Positions 1-13,135 of a stretch of DNA of 64,000 nt are shown one piece after another (the stretch's first letter is position 1; each line of letters starts with the position of its first letter). This DNA comes from Callorhinchus milii (lineage: Eukaryota), in contig NW_024704742.1 in NCBI RefSeq assembly GCF_018977255.1, positions 125,924,001-125,988,000 of the forward strand, written 5' to 3'. The position numbers and the translations under genes are program-made. The notes under the pieces were generated by a model. That model saw nothing but the letters and a program-made list of their open reading frames with translations, had not been told where the DNA came from and did no database searches.

Positions 1-207
1 CGAACGCGGCAGTTAATTGCGCACAGCAATGTCCCACAAACAGTAGTAGATTGAAAATAACCAATTTATTATTGTTTTTGGTTTTGGAGGGATTATTATT
101 AGGCGTGTGGAGTAAGGAAACTTGTCCAAGGTTTCGCCCTGCCTGGAATTGAACTCAGATCTCTCGCTTGCAAAGCGAGTGCGCTAACCACTGAGCTACA
201 GGACGCC
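1..207 (-). mobile_element. Young tRNA-derived Deu-domain SINE (cut by window start)
   Basis: Reverse complement of the head and body of the copy at 63685-64000. Confidence 0.88.
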
Positions 208-212
208 GTGTA

Positions 213-960
213 TAGATGTATAACATCTTTCACTTCGGGAGGACGTCCCAAGGCGTTGCATAGTCAAAGATTTGCACCTGAGCTGGAGGTTGGGATTAGA
301 AGGGGTGAAGGTCAGGAAGGGTGGGGGGTAGGAGTGTGACTGAAGGTGCATTTGAAGAGCTGGAAGAGGCAAAGGGAAGGGACGAGGTGATGTTTACTGT
401 GGAATGGAGTTCCAAAGGGTTAAGGCAAAAAGGTTGAAGGCCCGATCGCCAATGGTGGGACGGTCAAGGCAGGGTATATGGAGCAGGCCGAAGTCTACTT
501 AGCGGAGTGAGCAGACAGGTCAGCATGGAGTTAGCAGGTACAGAGAGGGAGGCAGGAGCAAGGCCATGGAGGGCTTTGAAAATGAGAACATGTATTTTGA
601 ACTCTATCATCTAGGGGATGGGGAGCCAGTGGAGCCAGGCAAAGATGGGTATAATAGATTCACGGATCTTGGTGTGGGAGAGGACATGAGCTGCAAAGTT
701 CTGAATAATCTGCAGCTTGTGGAGCCAAGAGTTGGGAAGACTAGCATGCAGGGAGTTAGCATAATCGAGCCTGGATGAATGAGGGGATAAGGGTCTTGGT
801 GGCCTGAGGGGACAGGCAGTGGCAGAGCCAGCAGGGTTGCAGAGGTGGAGGAGGGCAGAACTGGTCATGGCACATATGTGCAGTTTGAAGGACAGTTTAT
901 GGTCAAATAAGACACCAAGGTTCCGGACTGGCTCAGTGAAGTAGAGAGTGCATACATGAA
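213..960 (-). mobile_element. L2-clade LINE 3' fragment
   Basis: Translates to L2 ORF2 C-terminal motifs (VRNLGVLFD, SRLDYANSL, KLQIIQN.AA, LHWLPI) followed by the 3' UTR. Confidence 0.88.
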
Positions 961-1044
961 TGGTGATGCTGTAGCGCTCGAGGTGTGGAGGTGCTAGCTT
1001 CAACAGAAGCAGAGGGCAATGAACAAGAAATTAGAGTAATTCAG

Positions 1045-1345
1045 AGGTGACTTGCAGCACAATTAAAGAGATGAGTTGAAGGGATGGGTATTAGGAGCTT
1101 TCTGAATGCAGGGAAAGAGCTGGAAAGGCAAATAGTCTGGGCATTTAGTTCCAGCGGAAAGGGGCTGAAGGCTCAGCCTTCCATGGTAGAAGAGAGAGTG
1201 TGAGACACAAGCAGAAAACCAGGCAGAAGACCGGAAATTATGTGTTGGGATGTAGGGCTGGAGATTGTCATGCTGATTTGAGGCCAAAGAGAAATTTGAA
1301 AACAAGGGCAAAGATCTTGAAATCAATAAGGGAACCAATGGAACT
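1045..1345 (-). mobile_element. Degenerate older L2 fragment
   Basis: Diverged similarity to the L2 ORF2 C-terminus; a similar piece on + at ~1480-1640. Confidence 0.5.
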
Positions 1346-2308
1346 TGGTTGACAAGGCAGGAATGTAAACTCCTTACTTATTTAGCTGCTCACGGTATAG
1401 AGATTTAAATAAATAATTTTCCCAAAAAGGATTGGATATGTGAAGCACACTCATTTAAAGCAATTTTACCTGTAAAACACCATGGCTGAGTTCACTCACC
1501 ATGCTCCTGTACTCTGGAATTACTTGCCATGGCTTCTTTGGTTTGCTGCTTCTCTCCCTGCATTCAGAAAGCTCCTATCCATTGAACTGTGCCACAAATC
1601 ACTCTTGAATTCCCCCCACTTCTTGCTTAGTGTCCACTGCTCCTATTATAACCAGGGACCCACGTCAGGCTTTATACACAAAGAAAACTTTCCAAAAGCC
1701 ACAACCTGACTGGAAAACATTAAATTCTGGCCATTTTATGTATTAAAAATAGGCTGAAATAAAGCACTACACTGTCACCTTTCAAAACCTTAATGGTTCT
1801 CAATGATGGTCAGGGTGTTTTTATTTGATTAATTCCATATGTCTTTGAAGCGTGCATACTTTTGGTAGAATTGTAAAACAAACAAATATGCCCCAAATAA
1901 TAATAATCCTTGCATTTCATCTAGCTCTGTTCATGTCATTAGGGCATCTCAAAGTACTTCAAACAAGATAGTACCCCACGTGAAGGACATATATTTTGTA
2001 TTTTGTAAGTTGTTGGTGTTGTCGTGACTGTATTTACATTTAAAGGTGCACCCCATGAAAGGTCACATTGTGTAGAGAGACATTTAAGGCTTGGAAGTAT
2101 GAATCAGAGGGTTACAGAACAATTTATCAATGGCAAAAACTTGGCAGCTAGTTCAGTATAGAGACTACCTCCTCCATCCTGACAGCACTGCAGCTGCATT
2201 CGCAAACCATTTTGGAGATAATGAGAACAAAAGACCGTTATTAGGCATCTGTATAGTTTCGACTCTTTGCAGTTCAGCAAAAAGACATCAGCTATCTCCA
2301 GCCAACAT

Positions 2309-2663
2309 GGTGTCCTGCAGCTCAGTGGTTAGAGCACTCGACGCGCAAGTTGGGATTGATTCCCGGCAGGGCGAAACATTGAGCAAGTTTCCTTACTCCA
2401 CACGCCTTTGTTTACCTAGCAATAAGTAGGAACCTGGTTGTTAGTTGACTGGTAGATTGCTTTTCTGGGGGTAATAATTCTTTTTAAAAAAAATAATTTG
2501 GTCACTTAAGTCATGACTGTTTGTGGAACACTGCTGTGTGTAATTGGCTGCCTCATTTGGCCTACAGTCAATTCACTTTACATTATATTCTGTGAAGCAC
2601 TTAGAGACGTCTAGAAGATGTGATAAGGTGCTATATCAAATGCAAGAACTATTATTATTATTA
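2309..2663 (+). mobile_element. tRNA/Deu SINE, longer subfamily (extra TTTACCTAGCA..AAGTAGGAACC segment)
   Basis: A-box TAGCTCAGTGG-like head, Deu-like core CTGTTTGTGG..CTGTGTG.AATTGGCTGC, and (ATT)n tail. Confidence 0.82.
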
Positions 2664-4398
2664 ATTTAGGACATCTTAAAGCACAGTGTGTGTTTGGGGG
2701 GGGGCGGGGTGGGAGCTAACTGAAAATGTAGTCGAAGAGATACGTATTAAAAAAAAGTGAAAATGCTAAGAGAGGTCTATTCTTTCACGTGAGAAAAGAA
2801 GTTAGTATGAAAATTAAAGAAAGATTCTTTTTGCACTGATTTTTTTTTCAGCAGAGAGCCAGAGGCCAGAATATAGTCTTAACATAGCACAGGTCATGGT
2901 TTATCTGTAATGCTTGAATTTGCTCAGAAGTATTCTTGGTCCTGGGTTCAAGTCAAAACCTGTTCCAGCAGATTTGGGGACTCTCGCATTTATAAGGATA
3001 CATGGTGATTCGGATTCTTATCCCATCTCTGTCCATTTGCATGTTTTGTGTAATTAATCAACCTCAAGTGTCATCCTAGCTCAGTTGATTGCACTGTTGG
3101 AGTAAAAAGAGATGTTTCGGTGTTCCTGGTCAGGAATCTTCCAGATAAAATTGTTATCCACTTCACAGCTGTTTGTGGAATAATTGGCTGCTGTGTTTTA
3201 ACATTGCTGTGCTCTGCTGTGTAATGGTAAAAAAAATACACAAAACTTTACAGTGAACTATCACAAGGTCACAAGATTAGTTTGGATGAAGAAGACCCTT
3301 CGCCCATCTATCTCTTCTTTCCAGAACATTTGTGCTCTTGTCACAGCATCAAGTTGCTTTTTAATTGATTCAAATTTCCTGGCCTCAATCACCCTTCCTG
3401 GGAACCTGTTCTCATCATTAATTACTCAGTTGGTAGCACTTTTGCCTCTCAGTCAGTCCACTTTACAGTATGTCTGGTGAAGCATTTTGAGACATCTTCC
3501 CGATATGAGAGGTACTATACCAAAATGTACAATGATTCTGTTCTCCAACCTTCCATGGTCACTGCCCCTTGCATGGTTGCTACGGCTAAGTGGCTTGTTA
3601 AGTTGCCCAAAGTACCCTTGTTGGTGGGACCAATCTTTCCGATGCCTTGGTTGGCTTTACAGCTCCCAGTCCAGTAGTACAAAACTGATTCAAAGATTAC
3701 CATGTAACCAATGCTCTTATGACATTCAGATGGCTTTAGTTGTGATATAACAGTGAATTTATCAATCTCTTCTTATTCAGGGCATTCTAGAAGTTCCATC
3801 TTAATGAGACTTGGGACTCAGCAGCAAATTTGCAAAATATCTTGCCTGTCATAATTCATAGAACCATAGAAATGTACAACACAGTGGGAGGCCATTTGGC
3901 CTAACTTTTCATGTCGGTGTTAGTTCCTCCAAGAAATCATCCATCCTTATATCAATTCCCAGCTCTTTCCTTGCACCCTTTAATACATTTCCAATGAGGT
4001 GCTTGTCCAATCCTTTTTNAAATGCCGTCAATCAACTCTGCTCTAACCATCAGCCCTGGGAAATCATTCCATACGCTGACAACCTTCATGGAGAAGACAT
4101 TCTTCCAAACCTCTCCTTTTTCTAAGCAGTCACAATTTTACTTTATAAAGATTTTCATGTAGTTCTGAACCCATAAAATTACCATTATTTGGCAGCAATG
4201 CACAGTAGAAAGATAAAGCTATTGCATGAGAACATAAAGACTTGCTGTCAACTGTCCACTTAATCATGGAGATTTTGTCTTACCAGTTACTTGTTTTAAA
4301 AATTCCAATTTGTTTAAGATTAATCTCCTGCTTAAAGTTGGTCTGTGAGTATTAAAAAGTACAAGTAAAGTTAACAAGATTTATACCTATTTACAAAG

Positions 4399-4558
4399 TA
4401 AACTCCTGATACCTCGTCGCTCTGAGGGAAAAGGGCTCAGCGACAAGATATCAGGAGTGGCGAGTTAGTCATATGTATAAATACATATATCAACGTGGCT
4501 GGGATATTTACAGCATTGATGGCTTAAATTAAGCCAGGGTCGAGTTATCAGGAGTTTA
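4399..4558. mobile_element. MITE-like element with 18-bp terminal inverted repeats
   Basis: TAAACTCCTGATACCTCG ... CGAGTTATCAGGAGTTTA (1 mismatch), plus internal hairpins. Confidence 0.65.
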
Positions 4559-4829
4559 AAGTATCTCATCTTGTATCAGTTTCTGAACTGCTAAGAGGTT
4601 ATTTGACCGTAATAATTAGACCAATAGAGAGCCCACTCAGCATCCGGCATCATGTTATATGAATGTCCATTAATGCTGATGGTCAGAAAAACCTGATCCA
4701 AACAATAAGATACTCTTTCATGCTGTCAGGCTGTGTTATGTTTCAATTTGAAGGCTAGGATTTGCCTTCGCACTGCAGAACAAAACACTCAATAATTGAC
4801 TGAACTTTCATCTTACAGTATTTAGTGAA

Positions 4830-5850
4830 GGGCAATCCCCTCAGAGATTAGTCCTGGAGTCCTAGCTTTTCACACTGTATATAAATGATCTGGAAGTGAG
4901 ACTAGAGGGGAATATAACTAGGTCTGGTATCTGACAGTAAGTTGGAAGCTGCAGTGAATTGAGAGCAGAAAAGTGAGAAATGTCATAGATAGATTGAACA
5001 AGTGGCAGAATGATGGCAGATGCAATTCAGTGCAATTCTCCGCAGCAAAGGATTAGGTAGTACAGCACAGATGGGAAAAAAAGAGATGGGAACATTTTCT
5101 AAACACCCCAATGGCGAGTTCCACATCCCCCAGTGCATCAAATTCAAGATTCTTATCCTTATTTTCAAATCCTATGAGCTCCTGCAACCTTAATTAGCCC
5201 ACATTTGGAGTACTGTGTCCAATTCTGGTCACCACATCACACCAGGAAGGATACAGCAATGTTGGAAGGAGTACAGGGTAGGTTTACTTGGATGATATCA
5301 GGGGTAGCAGGTTACTGCTATCAACATAGCCAGAATAGCATAGGCCTATTTTTCACTAACGAAGAGATGTCTGGGGGGAACCTAATAGAAGTGCTTAAAA
5401 TTATAAAAGGGTTCATAGAATCATAATTTAGAATCATAGAATTATACAGCACAGAAGGAGGCCATTCGGCCTATTGTGGCTGTGCCGGCTGTTTGAAAAG
5501 AGCTACCCAATTCAATCCCACTCTGCTGTTTTCTCCCCATAGGCCTACAAACTTGTCCTCCCCAAATAATTATCTAATTAATAAAGTTTAATAAAATTAG
5601 TTGAGGAGTCCATAACTAGGGAACACAAATTTAAAATAGCAACTTGGGGATCTAAAAGAGAATTTAGCAGGAACTATTTCTCGCAGTGGGGACTTAGATT
5701 ATGGAGCTCGCTGCCTGAAGCGGTGGTTGAATCAGATAGTATAGATCCATTGAAGAGGAAGTTAGACCTTTACATGAGGGAGAGGGAATAGAAGTGTATG
5801 GGAGGGAGTAAGGAATGGGAGGAGACTCATGTGGAGTATAAACACCAGCA
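4830..5850 (+). mobile_element. Fragmented CR1-clade LINE, with an opposite-strand CR1 3' end nested at ~5415-5575
   Basis: YINDL remnant; LEYCVQFWSPH..KD...LEGVQ.RFT (ORF 5205-5426); TRxH.FK and WSSLP..VVE remnants. Confidence 0.78.
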
Positions 5851-6134
5851 TTGGTTAGGCCATTCTTTGTGCGTTTTGCTCACAAAGTATTCAGTCAATT
5901 CACTTTCAGTATCTTCTGTGAAGCTCTTTGAGATGTCTCGACGACATGATAAGGTGCTATATTAAATGTAAGGATTATTATTAGTAGTAGTATTACATCT
6001 TTGTAACCCTGCTGCCCTAGCTGCTCCCTCCACTTCATGTCCATCGCTCAACCCATCCCACCATAGTTCCCTCAGCCTCCCCACTCTGCCCCACCTTTAA
6101 AGCCTACTTTAAGATCTTTCTTTTCAGCTGTACA

Positions 6135-6297
6135 GACAGATGGGACCTTGGTTTAACATCTCATCCGAAAGATGACACCTCAACAATACAGCACACGCCC
6201 AGTACTGCATTGGAGTTTCAGCCTAGACTGTGAGTTCAAACGCACAAACCCACTACATTCTAACTCAGAGGTGAGAGTGCTACCATCTGAGGCAGGT
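6135..6297 (-). mobile_element. Older Deu-type SINE (SacSINE1-like) fragment
   Basis: GGTTTAACATCTCATCCGAAAGA...ACTGCATTGGAGT.TCAGCCTAGA...ACTCAGAGGTGAGAGTGCTACC. Confidence 0.7.
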
Positions 6298-7014
6298 TGA
6301 TTTGATTTCAGTTAGCAAACTAAAGCAACAAAAATAAATAATCTGAAACTCATGTTATCACTTTTGCGCAGAACTGAGCTCAAGAAATGTACTGCAGGGG
6401 GAAATGGTTTTATTGCAAATAGTTCTCAGGCACAAATTGATTACCAATGATTTGAATTGGTTTAGTCTGATAAAAGACTAATTTCACACTAACAGCTTAC
6501 ACAGCCTTTGCAAATTATCAAGTGTCAGAGGGCAACTGATTGGGATAAACAAATTATTTGTTTCTCACAAGAAACCAATTAAAGTCAGGAACAGATGCTC
6601 ATTTAACACAATGATAAAACTTACACACAAAATGGATTTTACCTTGTTTATAGATTATTTGTGAACAAACTGTTGATTTCAAATAAGGTATTTGTTTAAT
6701 TAAAGGGAGAAGTCAACAGTTTGAATGTTTTGTGGTTTACAAGATGTTTAATTTAGTTTAAGAGATTAATGACCTTGTTGCTGCATCTCAGAGCTTTGTA
6801 GACAACAATTGGCTATTCATGTCAATATTGCATAATAAAGTATTATTTTACCATGCAAAAGGTGGGTGTTACAATGCACTGTAGGCAAGAAAGTCACCTC
6901 ATGGCACTGTAAGTGATTCACTCACAAATAGAACTAAATGGATCCATTTATTCATAAATGGGGTTAAACCAATGACATTGAATAATCAGGAGTTTGTAAA
7001 ATATTCTCCAACAC

Positions 7015-7255
7015 AGCCTGGCTCAGATAACAGCACTCTCGCTTGAGTCAGAAGGTTATGGGTTAATGCCTCATTTTAGGACTTCAAACTCATATATTTG
7101 AAGGTGACACTCCAGTACAGTGCTGGGAGTGTGCTGTATTGTCAATCTAAGTGTGCAATACAAACAGTTGTCCTTCAGATGAGATATTAAACTACACTCA
7201 TGTCCGCTTTGTTCAGGAGGACGTTAAAGATCCTGTGGCACGACTTGAAAAGAAA
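7015..7255 (+). mobile_element. Older Deu-type SINE (SacSINE1-like) fragment
   Basis: GCCTGGCTCAG..AGCACTCTCGC..GAGTCAGAAGG...GACACTCCAGTACAG...CAGATGAGATATTAAAC. Confidence 0.7.
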
Positions 7256-8179
7256 GTCTGGGAATTACAGGAAGGATTCTCCCCGCATCCTTTAGTATTC
7301 CTCCTCTTCAAGCATTTAATTCTCTTTCGGAATAATTCACGCATTCTGCTTCAGCTACGTTTTGTGGTAGAGAATTGCACATTCCAATGGAGAATTTAAG
7401 AGAAACCTTGATGCATACACAAGGGAGAGGGAATAAAGAAATATAGGTGAGGGGAATAGTAGGGGAGATGATTGTGGGATATATAAAACAGCATAGACTA
7501 GTTAAGTCAAATGGTCTGTTTCCGTGCCCCATCACTCTATGTAACTCTGTGAGGGTGGAAAACCCAGATTTAGTATGGACCTATTTTCAGAGTTTCAAAG
7601 CCAAACCAGTAATCACAATTCATTCATTAATTCAGGAAAGTACAGTACATTCATAAACAAGCTAGCATACCTTCTATCAAGCCAGATGGCATATTGTTAA
7701 AGACGTCTCCAGGTTTACAAGATACAAGGTACAAGAGAATTTTATAAAATGAGTACAAAAGTGTCATGGTGTATTGAAGGAATCCTGCTGATCCAGTCAT
7801 AGCCTCTGGCTCCTGTCAATAGCATAATTACAGAAAGTTGAAAACATTGCATTGAACAAGACAGCCTATAAACTGTTTGGAAGTGGAAGCTAATTTTAAA
7901 ACATCAGGCAATGAATTGAAAATTCGGATATGGTCCCACGATGATTATTATAATTTGAGAAATCTGCATTTGGCTGAGACAGATTGGAATTATAGCTAGA
8001 AACAAGTCTAATAGTTTTACCTAGTGTCATCTCTATCTATTTATGGTTTCCCATGAAAATAATAGCAAGTAAATTAGAGAGATGCCTAATCAGGTTTAAT
8101 TTTAATGAATCTAAAAATAATAAGCCTCATATCTGTCCTCTGGATGTGAAAGGTGTTATATAAACACAATTTGTTGTTG

Positions 8180-8556
8180 TTAATATAGCTCATTTTACAT
8201 AAGAAGGATGTCTCAAAAAGCTTCACAGTAAAGTACAATGACTGTGTATTTTGTAAGCAAATGTGGCAGCCAATGTCCTACAAACAGCCATGAAGTGAAT
8301 GAACAATTTTATTTTGGGGATTGTTAGCCAGAGCACCAGGAGAAACTTGCTTCTCTTTTTGAGCAAAGCCATGGGATCTTTAACGTTCTCTTGAAAACTC
8401 AGTTAAACATCTCACCCAAATGATGGCACTTCCAACAATGTACTACACACTGCATTGGAACGTTAGTCAAGACTATGAGTTCAAAGTCTCGACTTGGGTC
8501 TTGAACCCACAACCTTCTGACTCAAAGGGAAGAGTGCTAGAAATAGAGCTGGCCTG
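8180..8556 (-). mobile_element. Older Deu-type SINE
   Basis: Same family motifs in reverse complement, head through tail. Confidence 0.68.
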
Positions 8557-8932
8557 GTACACTATGCATTTTTTATGTTAGTTTTCATTTGTTTTGACTA
8601 CAAATAAACTTATTGGAAGGAATATGATTCTGTGATTCTGCACTTGTAGACTTTAACTGATAGGCAAAATATTCTAATAGAGATCTGAAGAGAAATGTAC
8701 CTTCCAGAATTGTGCCTTTTGAGAGCTTGTTGAAGGCTGTGATACTATCTATAAGAACAGGAGTTTCAAGGAACATTGTCATCCTGCAGTGAGAAATGAA
8801 TGGAATCCTTTCATTTCCTGTTATGGTTTCTAAGTAAAATGTTAAAATGCTGGATGATCCAGTGGGAAATTGGAAACTAAGCAACAAGAGAGAATTCAAT
8901 TATACAGAGAACATTGTTTTCTGTTGAATGAT

Positions 8933-8995
<63 letters not shown>

Positions 8996-9040
8996 AAGAA
9001 GAAGAAGAAGAAGAAGAAGAAGAAGAAGAAGAAGAAGAAG
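8933..9040. repeat. Compound microsatellite (TAA)n(AAG)25
   Basis: Directly visible; abuts the reverse-complement 3' end of a SINE at ~9041. Confidence 0.95.
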
Positions 9041-9119
9041 AACCCTTGCATTTTTAATATAAGGTCTTATCACATTGTCGAAATGTCTTAACATATTTTC
9101 TGATGAAAATGTACAATGA

Positions 9120-9505
9120 AGCTGCTCCCACCCTGTGGAACGCCATCCCGTAGTCCCTATGCCTCGCCCCTTCCTTGCCTCCTTCAAGACCCATCTCAAG
9201 ACCTTCCTCTTCGATCGTGTCTTCAATCAACCTTCCCCTCCCCTGCCCTCCACCCTCCCCAATCCCGACCCCCAGCTTGGGTCCAAAACACTGACTGTCC
9301 AGCACCTTGGGACATCCTCCCGACGCTTTACAAATGTAATTTTGTTGTTGTTGTGCCTTCAGCCGCCCTCCTATCTCTCTGCCCTCCCTCATTCCAACCC
9401 TTCCCCACCCACGCTCGTGTCCTGATCCCCGACTCTTCAGCACCTTGGGACGTCCTCCCAACGTGAAAGGCCCTTTAGAAAGGGCATTTTGCTGTTGTTG
9501 TTGTT
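9120..9505 (+). mobile_element. Two tandem L2 3' ends
   Basis: Two CAGCACCTTGGGAC.TCCTCCC tails, each ending in (TTG)n, at ~9354 and ~9505. Confidence 0.82.
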
Positions 9506-10135
9506 GCCCTACTGAAAAAAACGTGGTTGGAGCAGAATCTCAAATTGTTTCTAAAAGAGAATTAGACAAATATTTAAAAAAGAAAAATATAAAAGAATAC
9601 GAGGAATGTTACCCAATGAATAATTCTTTCAGAGAACCACATCAACGAACAGAGACTGGAGGATCTGGGCCTACTTTGATTCGAACAGAGAAGGTTGACG
9701 GGATACTTGATATGAATCGTTAAAGTAAAAATTGGTGGGAAGTTATTATGTAAGTCAGTGACGAGAGGATAGCTGTGTGGGTATTCTAGAAGGATAGTAC
9801 ATATTCTGAAAAATAAGATCAGATGGACCAAAGGGTGGTTTTCATCCAAACTAATCATGTGATATTCTGAATTTAAGATTAGCAAATGAACAATGGGGGA
9901 GATTAGAAAGATCCTTTTTCACAGAGAGTTGTTAGGATATAGAATATCAGACATGATGGTTGAGGCCAATTTAGCTTTCAAGATGGAACTATGTAGATGT
10001 CTAAAGAGGATTTATACGCAGGAAATAGGGAAAAGGTGGGAAAGTAGGATTGAATGTATTGCTACCTTGAAAGAGCGAGCACAGACAGACACCATGAGCC
10101 AAAATGGCCTTCTTCTATGCTGTGAATCGCTAAGG
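9505..10135 (+). mobile_element. Degenerate CR1 3' fragments
   Basis: SKRELDKYL and FKMELCRCL remnants; CR1-type 3' UTR (AATGGCCTTCTTCTATGCTG). Confidence 0.55.
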
Positions 10136-10934
10136 TTGTATAAGCCAAATTATACGATTTTATGATGATACTGTGCAGCTCCTTGCATTATGAGGTGTGT
10201 TGTCTAGCAGATAATTCTATTGTTACCACTAACATCTTTCTTGTCATTCCAACTTTTTTTTTAATCTTTCTCAATGTTATTGTTACAGTACTTCAATAGT
10301 CATTGCCTTTTTTCTTTTGTCTGAAACACACAATCCTACATGTTCTTTCTGCTATCTTGCATCCTGGCGACTTATCAAAGCATCTCATACTCTCACTCAT
10401 TCATTCCTCTCACATCAAAATAGAAGAATTCTTTACATTCCTTACTTCCCTGCGTCTTCTCTTACCCTCTTTATTCTTTTCTTACCTCCTTAGTTTTCTC
10501 TTAATTCCCTTTGTCTTTGCTAATATGTACCTGGATCTGCTGGCTTGCTGATCTGAAGATTTGAAACCACCAGAACACTCGTTAATTCAGCTCATTCTCT
10601 CTGCTAATTGTTCCAGCAGTCAATGTATCATACACTATGGGTCTTGGCCTTTAACGTGTGTTTCTGAATATGAATACACGCAACCCACAAAGATGAATGT
10701 GGTGGCTTATGAAAGGGAAACTAAACTAAATTAAAGTATCCAGGTGTGATGAGCCATAACTAATCAAAATATTATTAATAAGTTATTAAGAAAAAATTAC
10801 TTCTTGTAAATCATAAGCTTTGCTGACAAAACTAGTGATATGGCCAAAAATATATCAACCCACAGAGAAAAAAAAAGCCTGGACCTTGTAACTGTAACTG
10901 TAGTGCAGCAAACCTGTATTCTCTCACTCAAAAT

Positions 10935-11311
10935 CCTCTCACTTGATTTCAAATAACTTAATTCCCTCACACCTCCCTACGTAGCCGACCTGCTTACACC
11001 CCCCCAACTCCACCGCATGCTGCCTTTGCTTGGATGGATCCGGCCTGCTGTTTGTCCCTCATACCCTCCATTCCTTTAGCCACTACACCCCGAAACTCTG
11101 GAACTCTCTCCCTCAATTCTCCCCGCCTTGCCCCCTCCCTCTCCAACTTTAAATCCCACCTAAAGATCTTCCTTTTTGATTATGCTTATGGTCACCTCCC
11201 CCCTACCATCCCCCCTGGCTTGCTACTGACTCAGGCACCGCCACTATTAAGCACTCTTAATAGAGCTACCCCACATGAAGGGTGCTATATAAATGCAAGT
11301 TGTTGTTGTTG
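10935..11311 (+). mobile_element. L2 3' fragment (second L2 family)
   Basis: ORF2 end (FKSHLKIFLF) and tail CCCCACATGAAGGGTGCTATATAAATGCAAG(TTG)n. Confidence 0.78.
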
Positions 11312-11358
11312 TATTCTATAAATAGAATGGAGTCCTATAAAGTCTCTATAAATAAAGT

Positions 11359-11488
11359 GGAGTCCTGTAGCTCAGTGGTTAGAGCACTCGCCTTACAAGC
11401 AAGAGACCTATATTCTATGAGGCACTTTGAGACGTCTAGAAAACTTGAAAAGTGCTATATCAAATGCAAGAATTATTATTATTATTAT
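11359..11488 (+). mobile_element. Internally deleted tRNA/Deu SINE (head fused to tail)
   Basis: GGAGTCCTGTAGCTCAGTGG...GAGACC joins directly to the 3' tail ending in (ATT)n. Confidence 0.8.
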
Positions 11489-12364
11489 AAAGCTGTGCTG
11501 CAGTTATTCCTGGTGTGACACTTTCTGTTTAATTGATGATTCCTTCTGCAACTAGTTGAAACATTGAGCCCAGTTACTGGTATGTCACCACTGTGAACCC
11601 ATGGTGCAAATGTCTTATTGAACATTAGCTTATTCTGCATCTGTGTTCACTTTCACAATACACAGTCACTACACTTTACAGTAAATTCTGTGAAGAACTT
11701 TGAGACATTCCTCGGATGTGAAAGGCACAATATCAAAATATCAAATGTGAAGCTTATGATTGTTTATTTAATTATTTACTTAAGTTATTTATCCTGTTGA
11801 AAGCATGTGCAATTCAGATTTACGAACTGTCACTCATTAAGAGTGGCACATATTCATGGTACAGATGAAGAAGGCCCTTCAGTTCACTTCATATCATGTG
11901 TTCACAATCCCCACTCTTACCTTCTTCCCATTACAATATTGAGTTGTTTCTTAAATGAACCCAGTTCCCTGGGCTCTACCAGCCTTTCCAGAGATTACTC
12001 TTGTGTATAAAAAAAATGTTTCCTGGTGTCTGTCCTAAATGTGACCTATTGACCTGGCTATCTCTCTCTAAAAAGCGAAACAAATGAAATAATTACTATT
12101 AGAAAGCCTTTCACTCGCTGGATGATCATAAATGATCATAAATCTCTAACTAATATTTCCCCAATGTTGACAGCTCTGGAGAATATGAATGATTTAGAGG
12201 TAGGAGAATTTACAGAACATCAGGGCTCAATTAGTTTTTAATTATTTCGATTAATCACACAGATAAGGTGAAAAGCCTGATGGATTCTGAAGGCCTGTAA
12301 GGAATCTCCTGTGAGATAACTCAGGACAGATGTCATGAATATTTACCCAAACAAATCATACCTT

Positions 12365-13135
12365 AACAACAACAAGATTCCATTTATAGAGCGCCTTTCA
12401 CGTCGGGAGGACGTCCCAAGGCGCTGGACAGTTAGGTCAGGACCTGAGCAGGGGGGAAATGGTCAGGGTGAGGGGAGGGAAGAGAGGGAGCGAGGAGGGG
12501 GTAGATGATCAAGGTGAGGGAGGGAAGGGAGGGAGCGAGGAGGGGGTAGAGAGTCGAGAGGGGAGCTGAAGGCACGGTCGAAGAGAAAGGTCTAGAGACC
12601 GGCCTTGAAGGAGGAAAGGGAGGAGGCGGCGAAGGCACTGAGGGATGGAGTTCCACAGCCTGGGGGCTGAGAGGCTGAAGGCCCGGCCACCAATGGTAGG
12701 GCGGTTGGGGCGGGGGATGTGGAGCAGAGGAACGGAGGGTACAGGCAGGTAAGTAGGGGGATAGTAGGTCGGAGAGGTAGGAGAGAGCGAGGCCGTGAAT
12801 GGCCTTGTAGGTGAGGATGAGGATCTTGAATTCGATGCTCTGGGGGATGGGGAGCCAGTGGAGGCGAGCGAGGGTGGGAGTGATGTGGTCCCGAAGCCTG
12901 GTGCGGGACAGTACACGAGCTGCAGAATTCTGAATGACCTGCAGCTTGTGGAGGGAGGTGCCGGGAAGGCCGGCGAGGAGAGAGTTCCCATAGTCCAGCC
13001 TTGAGGTGATAAAGGCGTGGACCAGAGTTTCAGCAGCATGAAGGGTGAGGTACTGCCATAATCTGGCGATATTCCGGAGGTGATGGAAGGCGGTGCCAGT
13101 TGTGGCGCGGATATGAGGGAGAAAGGACAGCTCAA
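12365..13135 (-). mobile_element. Young L2 LINE 3' fragment
   Basis: ORF 12432-13145 reads HLRNIARL...TSRLDYGNSLLAGLP...KLQVIQNSAAR...LHWLPI; 3' UTR ends in (TTG)n. Confidence 0.93.

Noticed and set aside
8870..9226. Poly-N/K and poly-L/I ORFs
   Set aside because: Microsatellite translations.
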